Assembly (NCBI GenBank): GCA_965261735.1
Contig: OZ253470.1
Location: 1,553,479-1,617,478 of the forward strand
Source: Alphaproteobacteria bacterium
GTDB lineage: Bacteria; Pseudomonadota; Alphaproteobacteria; SHVV01
DNA: 64,000 nt
Reading direction: 5' to 3'
Shown here: in pieces, positions 21,357 through 30,318 of the stretch
Layout: each line of letters begins with the position of its first letter
Numbering within the stretch: the first letter of the stretch is position 1
Notes under the pieces: model-generated
Databases searched by the model: none
What the model was told of the DNA's origin: nothing
Seen by the model: the letters and a program-made list of their open reading frames with translations, nothing else
Translations under genes and position numbers: made by a program

Positions 21357-22461
21357 CTTGCCTATCCGGTTAACGCCCATGACCGCTACATGTAGGGTGC
21401 CGCCACTCTCCCGAGTAAAGCTCGGCATAGGTTGGAGCAGAGGTGTCGCCCGCGATGCCGAGCAATGAGCGGAAGGCGTTGAACGGGTAGAACCGCCTGT
21501 TGAAGCGGAAGGTGAACTCGTTGAGGTAGGCTTGTAGGTGCTGGTGGCTAACGCCGTGGTGGATACCGATCAGCCACGTCTTCAGGTTGGCGAAAACCAG
21601 ATGGATGATCGGCAGGTATTGCTCGGCAACCTCTGGATCACCACACTCGGCAACAGCGAAGTGCTCATAGCCGCGCTTACCGAGGCCAGCATAGCCGCTC
21701 CAATCGTCAGTAACGATCAGCGATCGCGGCGCGACGGTGCTCTCGACGAACCCACAGAGCGACTCGGCGCTACGGTCGAGCACGACGGCGAGCCGAACGC
21801 GTCCGGCATAGCGTCCGTCTTTCCGGTTGTCGAGCTTGGTGCCCGGCTTTCGATGACGCACCTCGATGGCACAGGAGACGGGAACCTTGTGGTGAACACC
21901 ACGGCCTTCCCCACGCGTTCGCCCGCCAACCCAGGTTTCGTCCACCTCAACATGGTTCTTGGGCTGTCCACCGATCCTGTCTTGGTTGGGCCGCACCATG
22001 CCCGAGCGGAGCTTGTGGAGAATTTGAAAGGCCGTCTCGTAGCGCGAAAGACCAAGTTGCCGCTGAAACTGCACGGCGGACATGCCGGGCGTCTGACTGG
22101 CGACCAGATAAGCGGCCCAGAACCAGACGTTCAGCGGAGTGTGGCTACGCTCCATCACTGTTCCCACCGTCAGCCCGGTGTTCTGGCGGCACTTGCGGCA
22201 GCGCAGGACGCCAGGGCGGTTTTCAAAGTGGAACGGCTCTCCCGCCGTGCCGCAGTGCGGGCAGGCAAAGCCGTCTCCCCAGCGGGCTTTCTCCAGGTAG
22301 GCGGCGCAGGCCGCATCATCGGGGAAAAGTCGCTGGAACTCGGGTAGCGAATGCGGGAATGGGAGATCGGCGCGGTCGAGAACATCCATGGCGCGCTCCC
22401 CTATATCCGGGTTGCGCCCATTCTAGCCCTAGTGGGTGTGGGTGTAAACCGGATAGGCAAG
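21357..22461 (-). mobile_element. IS1595-family IS, copy 2 (1105 bp) with an 8-bp TSD
   Basis: Perfect 8-bp direct repeat GATCAGTC at 21349-21356 and 22462-22469 flanking the identical termini. Confidence 0.9.
21370..22389 (-). CDS. IS1595-family transposase
   Basis: 339 aa, nearly identical to copy 1. Confidence 0.85.
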   Translation of the reverse strand: MDVLDRADLPFPHSLPEFQRLFPDDAACAAYLEKARWGDGFACPHCGTAGEPFHFENRPGVLRCRKCRQNTGLTVGTVMERSHTPLNVWFWAAYLVASQTPGMSAVQFQRQLGLSRYETAFQILHKLRSGMVRPNQDRIGGQPKNHVEVDETWVGGRTRGEGRGVHHKVPVSCAIEVRHRKPGTKLDNRKDGRYAGRVRLAVVLDRSAESLCGFVESTVAPRSLIVTDDWSGYAGLGKRGYEHFAVAECGDPEVAEQYLPIIHLVFANLKTWLIGIHHGVSHQHLQAYLNEFTFRFNRRFYPFNAFRSLLGIAGDTSAPTYAELYSGEWRHPTCSGHGR

Positions 22462-23046
22462 GATCAGTCATTCAAGGCTAAGTTGCTGGGCACGGACCGG
22501 CTGCGGGAGATGGCAAATCCAGGGCAGCTCGGACGCTCGTATGGTGACCACTTCGCCGCTGGATACCCGAAGAGCAGCTTCGAGCACCTGCGCCAGGCGG
22601 GCGGGGAAGGATCGGGCGTCGATACCTTTCTGTTGCTTGAAGACAGACTGGACCTCCGCATCCGCGTTGAAGCGACGCTGAGCCCTCTCTTCGACCGCGA
22701 CGTAGTGCTGGACTGGGATTCCGGTAGCCTCGTGCCGAAGGCGGCGATGCGGAAAAGTGGAGAGTCTTATCGCCTAGATCGTGACGAGTGTCACGGCATT
22801 AAGGAGCTCTTGGTTCTTCTCACGCACTTGTACGATGAGCGGCACGACTACCTGATCGTCGATGAGCCGGAACTCAATTTGCATCCGCAGTATCAAACGT
22901 TCTTCATGCAGGAGGTGCGCAAGGTTACCCAAAAGCAGGATGCGAGCGGAACCGCGAAAATCGTCTTCCTGATCACGCACTCGCCGTTCATACTGGTTTT
23001 GCGGTCGCACGATGACGTCAAGTCCGTGATATCGTTCGATCTCTAA
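22462..23046 (+). pseudogene. C-terminal half of an ABC/AAA_21-type ATPase (OLD / PARIS AriA-like); N-terminus with Walker A missing
   Basis: Walker B LIVDEPELNLHP, Q/H-loop-like FLITHSP; begins exactly at the IS copy 2 TSD. Confidence 0.55.
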
Positions 23047-23085
23047 TATTCCGTCCCCAGGCAGGTTGTCCGTAGGAGCCCCGAC

Positions 23086-23457
23086 GTGGCTTCGGAGTTG
23101 GTCGCGACCGGGCGACTGAACGCGCACCACAAACAGCTCTTCTTCTCGGACGATCCCATATTCGTGGAAGGGCACCACGACGCGCTGATGATCGAGTCTC
23201 TAATGGAGGCACGCGGCGTCTCGGCCGCAGCTGCCGGTAGCTGCATCATCGAATGTGGGGGCGTAGAGGAAGTAACCCACTACCTGAAGCTCTGGCAAGC
23301 GCTAGGGAAGAGGGCTCATTTCGTCTATGACCTTGACAGCCTCTTCAAAGGCCGACTTCGGTCGTGTATTGGCAATGACAACATCGATACCCTGACCGCT
23401 GAAGGCGACGAAAGGCGTAGCAATGCTTGCCCTTCAGGTGGGCTGCTGGGCTGGTGA
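23086..23457 (+). CDS. Toprim-domain protein fragment (OLD C-terminal / DUF4435-like)
   Basis: Toprim signature FVEGHHD ... YDLDSLF (E and DxD) only 123 aa long; 40 bp after the ATPase fragment. Confidence 0.45.
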   Translation: MASELVATGRLNAHHKQLFFSDDPIFVEGHHDALMIESLMEARGVSAAAAGSCIIECGGVEEVTHYLKLWQALGKRAHFVYDLDSLFKGRLRSCIGNDNIDTLTAEGDERRSNACPSGGLLGW

Positions 23458-23672
23458 CCTCCAACTATTGTAACTAGCCTTGACCTAACATTGCCTCCGA
23501 AATCCGGATCAGGTCGTTCTTCAGCTATGCGGCTTGACCGATGGTCATGTCCCGAATCTCACTGTCGGTGTGGTTCAGAGAAACTACCAATCTATGCTGC
23601 AGAAGTTGCATAGCTTTGCGTTGCTGACGCACCGGGATCCCGCGGTGCCAGCCTGTTGATAATGATCGCGTT

Positions 23673-23993
23673 CTATTCGATCGAAACCTGCGTTTTGGCT
23701 TCCTCGAGCAGGCGGGTCATCTCGTGACGCACTTTGTGCTCGTCCGTTGCGATCCCTTTGTCGGTCAGGTCGCCGAGCACCTTCCGCAACACATCGGCAT
23801 CTCCCGGCTCTTCAAAATCGGCGATCACGACCTGCTTGGCGTAGGCTTCGGCATCCGCGCCTGAAATGCCCATTTGCTCCGCTGCCCACAGGCCGAGCAG
23901 CTTGTTGCGCCGCGCGATGGTCTTGAACTGGAACTCCTGATCATGCGCGAACTTGGCTTCGGCGGCTGTTTTGCGGTCATCAAAGGCGGTCAT
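23673..23993 (-). CDS. DUF1476 protein, a homolog of the alphaproteobacterial F1Fo-ATPase inhibitor zeta subunit
   Basis: 106 aa; MTAFDDRKTAAEAKFAHDQEF...ARRNKLLGLWAAEQ is closely similar to the Paracoccus zeta subunit. Confidence 0.75.
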   Translation of the reverse strand: MTAFDDRKTAAEAKFAHDQEFQFKTIARRNKLLGLWAAEQMGISGADAEAYAKQVVIADFEEPGDADVLRKVLGDLTDKGIATDEHKVRHEMTRLLEEAKTQVSIE

Positions 23994-24346
23994 CGATTGG
24001 GCTCCTCAACTTCAGAAGACGGGGTCCACGCTTTATCCGCCTTTTCATTCTTGTATGCGATGAAGCCCGACGCACCCTTGCCTTTGGCGCGGCGTAATGT
24101 GTACCCATGATTGCCGAGTTTGAACTTCGGGTCATTCTCAAAGCCCGCGAGAGCCTCAACGATCTTCATCGCCACGGGATCTGGCTTGCTCTTGGCTTGT
24201 GAGGCAGCCTCCCGCGCCAGCCACCTTGCGAAGACCTCTTCGGCGAGGTCGTCGCCGACAGATTTTCGAAGCGCGTTCAATTTTCTCACCAGACCTTTTG
24301 TGAATCCGGTCTCATCGATAGCCATTTCCTGAACCTCGCATTTCAA
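23990..24346 (-). CDS. hypothetical protein co-transcribed with the DUF1476 gene
   Basis: 118-aa ORF; ATGA overlap with the downstream gene. Confidence 0.45.
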   Translation of the reverse strand: MKCEVQEMAIDETGFTKGLVRKLNALRKSVGDDLAEEVFARWLAREAASQAKSKPDPVAMKIVEALAGFENDPKFKLGNHGYTLRRAKGKGASGFIAYKNEKADKAWTPSSEVEEPNR

Positions 24347-24428
24347 GCCTCTTATACTGTCGCGTGGCCCGGCTGGTGCAACTGATTTCCACTGTTACAC
24401 GCCAGCTTGCCGTTTCCCTTTTCACGTC

Positions 24429-24441
24429 GTTCTACTTGAAC
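24429..24441. promoter_or_regulatory. palindrome GTTCtacttGAAC about 82 bp upstream of umuD-like; candidate LexA/SOS-type operator
   Basis: Perfect GTTC-N5-GAAC dyad in the umuD promoter region; not the canonical alphaproteobacterial GTTC-N7-GTTC box. Confidence 0.3.
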
Positions 24442-24522
24442 CGATGTGCTGGATGTATTCTACCGCCAAACCAAGTTAATCGCCGCCGGCGCCGATAAGG
24501 GAAATTTACAGGCCATTGCCTG

Positions 24523-24807
24523 ATGTTCACCGTAGTCACCCCCACGACGAGTCTTAGCCTCGACGATCATTTCATAAAGCGTCCTGCGGCGACATTCTTT
24601 GTCACGGTCGAGGGCGGCGGCATGGCCGAACACGGGATCCTTGCCGGCGATACCCTGATCGTCGACCGTTCACGTACGCCAGGCACGGGTTCCATCGTCA
24701 TCGCGGTAATCGTGGGCGAGTTGACCACCCGTCCGTTCGCCGCCCTCGATGGCGAGGAGGCCCACGTCTGGGGCGTCGTCGCCGGGGTGGTGCGGAGCCT
24801 GCCATGA
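24523..24807 (+). CDS. umuD: UmuD-like (S24 LexA-fold) protein lacking the N-terminal arm and the Ser/Lys catalytic dyad
   Basis: 94 aa; aligns to the UmuD C-domain but has GGGM in place of GDSM and no Lys at the K97-equivalent position; 4-bp overlap with umuC. Confidence 0.7.
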   Translation: MFTVVTPTTSLSLDDHFIKRPAATFFVTVEGGGMAEHGILAGDTLIVDRSRTPGTGSIVIAVIVGELTTRPFAALDGEEAHVWGVVAGVVRSLP

Positions 24808-26022
24808 GCATCTACGGACTGGCCGATTGCAATAACTTCTTCGTCTCCTGCGAGCGGGTCTTCCGGCCAGCCCTCGAAGGCCGTCCCGCCGTGGTCCTGT
24901 CGTCGAACGACGGCTGCATCGTCGCGCGCAGCGACGAGGCGAAGGCGCTCGGCGTCAAGATGGCGCAGCCGGCGTTCCAGGCGAAAGACCTCATCGAGAG
25001 GCATAGCATTGCCGTCATCAGCGGCAACCTCCAGTTCTATACCGACATGAGCAACCGGGTGATGCAGGTCTTCGGGGAACTGGTCCCGGCGGTCTCGCGG
25101 GAATACCGCAAGAGCTCACGGCATTCTGCCAGGACCTGAAACGCACCGTGCGGCAATGGACCGGGCTGCCGATCAGCATCGGCATCGCCGAGACCAAGAC
25201 CCTTGCCAAGATCGCCAACCGCCTCGCGAAGACCTCCGCCAAAACGGACGGCGTTCTCGATCTCACCGGAACGCGCTGGCGCGACAAGGCGCTGGCGTCA
25301 ACGGAAGTCGGCGATGTCTGGGGCATCGGCAGGCAGTACGCCAAGAAACTCAACCGCAACGGTGTCATGACGGCCCTCGATCTGACGAGCCGTCCCGATG
25401 GCTGGGTGCGCAGGGCGTCGGCGGGCTGAAGACGGTGCGGGAATTGCGCGGCGAAGACTGTATAGGCTTCGACGACATGCCCCAGCCCAAGCAAACGACG
25501 ATGGTTTCGCGATCCTTCGGCACGGAAGTGCGCGACTACGACGAGTTGACCAATGCGATCGCCATGTTCGCGACCGATGCGGCACGATCGATCCGCAGGG
25601 CCAATCTCGTCTCAACCTCGGTGAGCGTGTTCATCGAGACCAACCGTTTCGGCAAGAGCCCGCACCACGCTCCCTCCTGCTCGGAAGCACTGTCGCCCGC
25701 GACCAATAACACGAAGCATGTCGTGCGAGCCGCGCTGGCCGCTCTGAAGCACATCTACCGCGAGGGGCTGGCGTACAAACGCGCCGGGGTGATGCTGCTC
25801 GACCTCGTAGAAGCCGGCCGGGCGCCAATCTCGCTATTCGATACGCAGGATCCAAGGGACGACAAGCTGATCGAAGCGTTCGACGCCATCAACGACCGGC
25901 TGGGGCCGGGAGCGATCCAATTCGGCCCCGCGGCGCAGGCCGCGGCCTGGCGATCGAGCAGCGCGTTCCGCTCGCCCAACTACACAACCCGTTGGGAAGA
26001 CATCCCGAAGGTTAAAACCTGA
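24804..26022 (+). pseudogene. umuC: Y-family DNA polymerase V subunit UmuC, disrupted by about 2 frameshifts/deletion
   Basis: N-terminus MSIYGLADCNNFFVSCERVF in frame 0 to 25139, continues in another frame (25148-25429) and a third (to 26022); about 14 codons (EIYSIDEAFLDL region) deleted near 25095. Confidence 0.8.
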
Positions 26023-26123
26023 GCCTCGGCAGACCCGGGCGTCGATCCGGGCAGCGGTCCACAAGCAGAAAGTTACACTACGGGCGCACTGCCTCCGCCA
26101 GAACCTGGCGCGCCGGCGAGAGA

Positions 26124-26796
26124 ATGAGGCCGGGGCCTTTCGGGCGGCGGGAACGAGGGCGAGAGAACGGCTCTCGCCGCCCCGCCGGGAGCCCTCGATT
26201 GACCCATTCGAAGACGGCGGCGATCGGGACGGCGATCGCGGTAATCGCGGCGCTGTTTCTCGCCGGTTACATGACCGGCGATCATGGGGTGAAGCGGATG
26301 GACGGCGCGCGGGCTCGGCGACATCGCCGGGGGGGGGGGGCCCAGGTCCACAGCCGGAAGCGGCAAGCACGGGATCGCGGCCATGGTAGCTGGAACCATG
26401 GCGGGGCTGTTTCCCGGTAGCGGGATCGGCGCCTCGCTCGACAAGCTGTGTGCGGCCCGCACACGGCAAGCGGCGCTGGAGACCGGTCCAAGCGTGGTGC
26501 CCTTGCGCTGGCGCAATCGCAACACCGATAACGCAGGGGCGATTACACCGACCCGCACCTACAGATCGGCCGCCGGAATCTACTGCAGGGAATACCAACT
26601 CACCGCGACCGCCGGCGGGCGCACCGGGCAAGCCCACGGCAGCGGCTGCCGCCAGCCCGACGGCTCGTGGCGAGTATCGAACCAGCACCGCGCCTGCCCA
26701 TGGCGACCTGCCCGGCGCTGGAACGGCGGCGATCGATTCAACTGTCCTTGCACGGTCCAGCCGTTCCGGCTCCATCCGGTTCCGTTACGCCGGTGA
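26124..26796 (+). CDS. putative membrane / glycine-zipper surface-antigen-like protein split across a G12 tract
   Basis: TM helix (AAIGTAIAVIAALFLAGY) in frame 0; glycine-zipper and YCREY...GSGC...DGSW surface-antigen-like region in frame +1 after the poly-G tract. Confidence 0.35.
26329..26340 (+). repeat. homopolymeric G12 tract
   Basis: 12 consecutive G at the frame junction of the putative surface-antigen-like gene. Confidence 0.9.
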
Positions 26797-26887
26797 GAGC
26801 CAGAGCTTGAGCCGAAGGCGGGCGAGGGCGGATGCCGAAGAGGGTGTCCCCGCCCGGTTCCGCATTCACGCAATCCCGGAGACCGAC

Positions 26888-28334
26888 ATGCACGACCCCG
26901 AACGCGATATCCGCGACATCCCGCTGTCCCAACTCGAACTCTCGCCCGGCAATGTGCGCAAGACGCCGGCCGATGCTTCAGCCTTCACCGAGCTCAAGGC
27001 CTCGATCGCTGCCCACGGGTTGCTCGAGAACCTGATTGCCCGCGCCATGGAACCCGGCACCGATTATGTCGTGCGCTACGCGGTGATCGCCGGCGGACGG
27101 CGGCTTGCCGTGATGCAGGCGCTGGCCGCCGAAGGCGCGCTGGACGAGGACCACCCCGTGCCCTGCCGCATGATCGGAAGCATCGTGGCGGCCGAAGAAG
27201 TTTCGCTGGCCGAGAACAGTGTCCGCGCCGCCATGCACACGGCCGATCAGGTCGAGGCATTCCGCCGCCTGGCCGATGCGGGCAGCACGGCGGGCGCCAT
27301 CGCGGCGCGTTTCGGGGTCTCGGAGCGCACCGTGGAGAAGCGCCTGCGGCTCGGCAACGCCGCACCAGTGCTGCTCGAGGCCTACCGAGCAGGCGAAATC
27401 GATCTGGACACATTGATGGCCTTCGCCGTCACCACGGATCATGCGCGCCAGAACGCGGTCTGGGCGGCGGTGAGCCAACAGGGCTACCGTCCCGGCGCCT
27501 GGCAGATCAAGCGCCTGCTGACCGAGGACCGGGTTCCGGCCACGTCCGCCATCGCGCGTTTCGTCGGCATCGAGGCTTACGAGGCGGCGGGCGGCAGGAT
27601 CGATCGCGATCTGTTCGCCGAGGAGGACGAGCGGGGGATCTGGTTCGACGATCCCGAACTCTTGAACAAGCTCGCCATGGACAGCCTCCAGGTCGCGGCG
27701 AGGGAACTGGAGACGCGCTGGAAATGGGCCGAGGCGCGGCTCGACGTGGACTGGAGCGCCACCGCGAGCTTCGGGCGGGTGCGTCCGCAACCGGCCGAGC
27801 CGACAGACGGGGAGAAGGCCGAGATCGAACGTTTGAGGACCCGCAACGACGAACTCGCCAACATGGACGACGACGGCTGGACCGAAGAATTGGTCGAGGA
27901 AGCCGATGCCAACGAGACGCGCCTGGACGAGATCGAGGCCGCGATCGACGCCCGCGCGGTCTACCGGCGCGAGGACATCGCTATCGCCGGGTGCATCGCC
28001 ACCGTCGGCAACGACGGCGAGCTCAAGCTGATCCAGGGCCTGGTCAGGCCCGAGGACATGCCCGCGCGCGAACCCAACGATGCGAACATGGCCGGACAAG
28101 ACGATACCGGCGACGGGGAGAGCGCCAGTTCCAGCATCGAGGCTCCCACACTTGCGGCTCCCCCCGCTTCGCCCGGCGAAGGACAAGTTCGCCGGTATCG
28201 AGCCGGACGCCTTGCGCCCGTCGGGGCGCTTCGATCCCAACCTCCGCAGGCAGGTCAAGCGCGACGCCGATGCGCTCACGGCGCAATTCGCGGGCTACTT
28301 CGCGCCCGCCGCCGCGGACAGGGAAGCAGCCTGA
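26888..28334 (+). pseudogene. ParB/Srx-like nuclease domain protein (ICE/plasmid type), frameshifted at a C6 tract
   Basis: ParB N-domain (IPLSQLELSPGNVRK, VIAGGRRLAV) plus HTH; the frame changes at CCCCCC (28168-28173); the C-terminus continues in the frame ending at 28334. Confidence 0.7.
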
Positions 28335-29686
28335 TGGCCGCCCATGCCCGCTCGGAATCCGCCCGGCGCGTCAGCGACTGCATGACCACGCTGCTGCGCG
28401 ACCAGCCCTTCTTCGGCAGCCTGGCGTTAAGGCTGCCGATCCGCCCCGACGAAACCCGCGAGACCCTGGCCAGCGATGGCAAGGACATCCGCTACGCGCC
28501 CCAGTGGGTGGCGGACACCGATGCCGATCAGATCAAGACCGCGCTGGCGCGCGTGGTCCTGGCCTGCGCGTTGAAGCATCATACGCGGCGGGGCAGCCGC
28601 GACCCGGAGCGCTGGCAACGGGCCTCGCAGTTGGTCACCCACGGCCTGCTGCGGGACGCAGGTTTTGCACTGCCGCCCGGCGCAGAGGCCTGGGACGCCA
28701 TCAGCGCCGAACAGGCCTACGACCGGCTTCCGGAACCGCCGGACGATGCAGAGAATCCGGGCGATGCGTCTTCATCCAGCGATGTGGATGACAGTGGCAG
28801 CGCTGCCGGCCCTCGATGCGGTGACGGCGACGAAGACCAAAGCGCTCCGCCAAATCCAACCGATGACAACAGTCCGCAAGAGCAGGACGCGCCGGGATCG
28901 GGCAGCAATAGCGCGGGCTCGAAACCATCCGGGCAGACGCCCGCCAGCCACGACCCTTGCGGCACCGGCGAGGTCATGGACGCGGACGAGCGTTGCGACG
29001 CCACCGGCCAGTCCGGCGAATCGCCTCTGGACACACCCGCCGAGGAGCAGGCGTGGGACGAAGCCATGCACCAGGCCGCCAATCTCGCGCGGGCGCAAGG
29101 CAACGCGCCTGGCGCCGTCGAGGAGACGATCCGGCAAGCGCATCGCAGCATCCTCGACTGGCGGTCGCTGTTGCGCCGCTACATGACCGATGCCGCGCGC
29201 CGCGATGATAGCTGGAGCGTCCCCAACCGGCGTTTCATCGACAGCGGCCTCTATCTGCCCTCGATGCACTCGGAGGGCATCGATGCCATCGCCATCATCA
29301 TCGACACCTCCGGATCGCTGCCGGGCGAAACGCTGGCCCTGTTCTGGGCCGAGGTCCGCGAAATCACCGCCGAACTGCAGCCGGACAGCATCTATGTCCT
29401 TCAGGTCGACGCGGTGCTGCAGGACGCAGCCCGGTATCCCGCCGGGGAACTACCGGACAGCATCACGATCAAGGGACGCGGCGGGACCGATTTCCGGCCA
29501 GGCTTCGCATGGCTTCATGAGCATGGGGTGCGCCCAAGCTGCTGCCTCTACCTGACCGACATGGAATGCGACAGCTACCCCGAGGCCGAGCCTGGCTATC
29601 CTGTAATTTATTGCAACTGGGGGCCGCCGCCGGGGACAAGGAACCGCGAGCCCTGGGGCGAGCGCATCGACATCGGACCGGCATGA
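28334..29686 (+). CDS. DUF2201-family protein (putative metallopeptidase-like N-domain plus VWA-like C-domain)
   Basis: 450 aa; the ATG overlaps the ParB-like stop (TGATG); VWA-like IIIDTSGS motif in the C-terminal domain. Confidence 0.65.
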   Translation: MAAHARSESARRVSDCMTTLLRDQPFFGSLALRLPIRPDETRETLASDGKDIRYAPQWVADTDADQIKTALARVVLACALKHHTRRGSRDPERWQRASQLVTHGLLRDAGFALPPGAEAWDAISAEQAYDRLPEPPDDAENPGDASSSSDVDDSGSAAGPRCGDGDEDQSAPPNPTDDNSPQEQDAPGSGSNSAGSKPSGQTPASHDPCGTGEVMDADERCDATGQSGESPLDTPAEEQAWDEAMHQAANLARAQGNAPGAVEETIRQAHRSILDWRSLLRRYMTDAARRDDSWSVPNRRFIDSGLYLPSMHSEGIDAIAIIIDTSGSLPGETLALFWAEVREITAELQPDSIYVLQVDAVLQDAARYPAGELPDSITIKGRGGTDFRPGFAWLHEHGVRPSCCLYLTDMECDSYPEAEPGYPVIYCNWGPPPGTRNREPWGERIDIGPA

Positions 29687-29694
29687 CACCGCGG
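29651..29694 (+). repeat. 44-bp direct repeat, copy 1 (covers the last 9 codons and stop of the DUF2201 gene)
   Basis: 39/44 identical to 30092-30135. Confidence 0.8.
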
Positions 29695-30072
29695 CTAGTT
29701 GCCGCCGGCCGCCGGCCGGGCGGGATGCAGCAGGTAATCCGGTTCACAGCTCTCCAACAGGGAAGAGGTTCGATCTTCCAGCAGCAGTTCAATACACAGG
29801 TTTTCCGCCCTGCGGCCCTCCTGCCATTCATCCCACTCGAACACCCAAACCCTGAACCGCGGAAACTTGCGCGCCGCCTTGAGCCCGGCCGAATGAAGCT
29901 TTTGGAGAAGAGGGTCCGTGTCCACGCCATCCGGCGGCCAGTCTTCGAACGTGAGGATCAATCCCTTGGCCTTGGAACTGCCCTGGCCGAATCCGGAAGG
30001 GATTTCATCGGCGAGAGGACCGATAGAGAAGAACACGGACAATGCAACGAAGATGACGAAAGTTCGGTTCAT
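29695..30072 (-). CDS. small secreted hypothetical protein (signal peptide MNRTFVIFVALSVFFSIG)
   Basis: 125 aa; exactly fills the space between the two 44-bp direct repeats. Confidence 0.45.
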   Translation of the reverse strand: MNRTFVIFVALSVFFSIGPLADEIPSGFGQGSSKAKGLILTFEDWPPDGVDTDPLLQKLHSAGLKAARKFPRFRVWVFEWDEWQEGRRAENLCIELLLEDRTSSLLESCEPDYLLHPARPAAGGN

Positions 30073-30091
30073 CCAGGTTCCTGTCCGCCAA

Positions 30092-30135
30092 CCCCGGGGC
30101 AAGCGCATCGGCATCGGACCGGCCTGATACCGCGG
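30092..30135 (+). repeat. 44-bp direct repeat, copy 2
   Basis: Encodes ...GKRIGIGPA* in frame, mirroring the DUF2201 C-terminus ...GERIDIGPA*. Confidence 0.8.
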
Positions 30136-30318
30136 GCCGCACGCCCGTAATCCTCCATATCCGTGCTCCCGCCCGCAAGGAGGCGGGTTGCGCTGAGGCC
30201 GGGTGAACCGGGGCCGGGAGAGCGAGGACACCGGCTTCCGGCATCACCCGGCCCTTCGACGGAGCCGTAAGGCCCGGGCCACGGTTCCGGCCCGCCCTTT
30301 CCAATTGGGAGATCATTC

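Noticed and set aside
20503-21468. 321-aa + strand ORF
   Set aside because: Antisense to the integrase fragment and the IS end; low-complexity
25090-25430. Programmed frameshifting in umuC
   Set aside because: Three frames and a 14-codon deletion are not consistent with programmed recoding; decay is more likely. By contrast, the -1 orfA/orfB arrangement of the IS427-group remnant at 44455-45068 is the normal programmed type
26450-29686. Single 1078-aa ORF suggesting a ParB-VWA fusion protein
   Set aside because: The first 146 aa are non-coding read-through. The linker (APPASPGEGQVRRYRAGRLAPVG...) is Arg-rich out-of-frame sequence; a better C-terminus for the ParB-like gene exists in another frame ending at 28334; the DUF2201 ATG overlaps that stop
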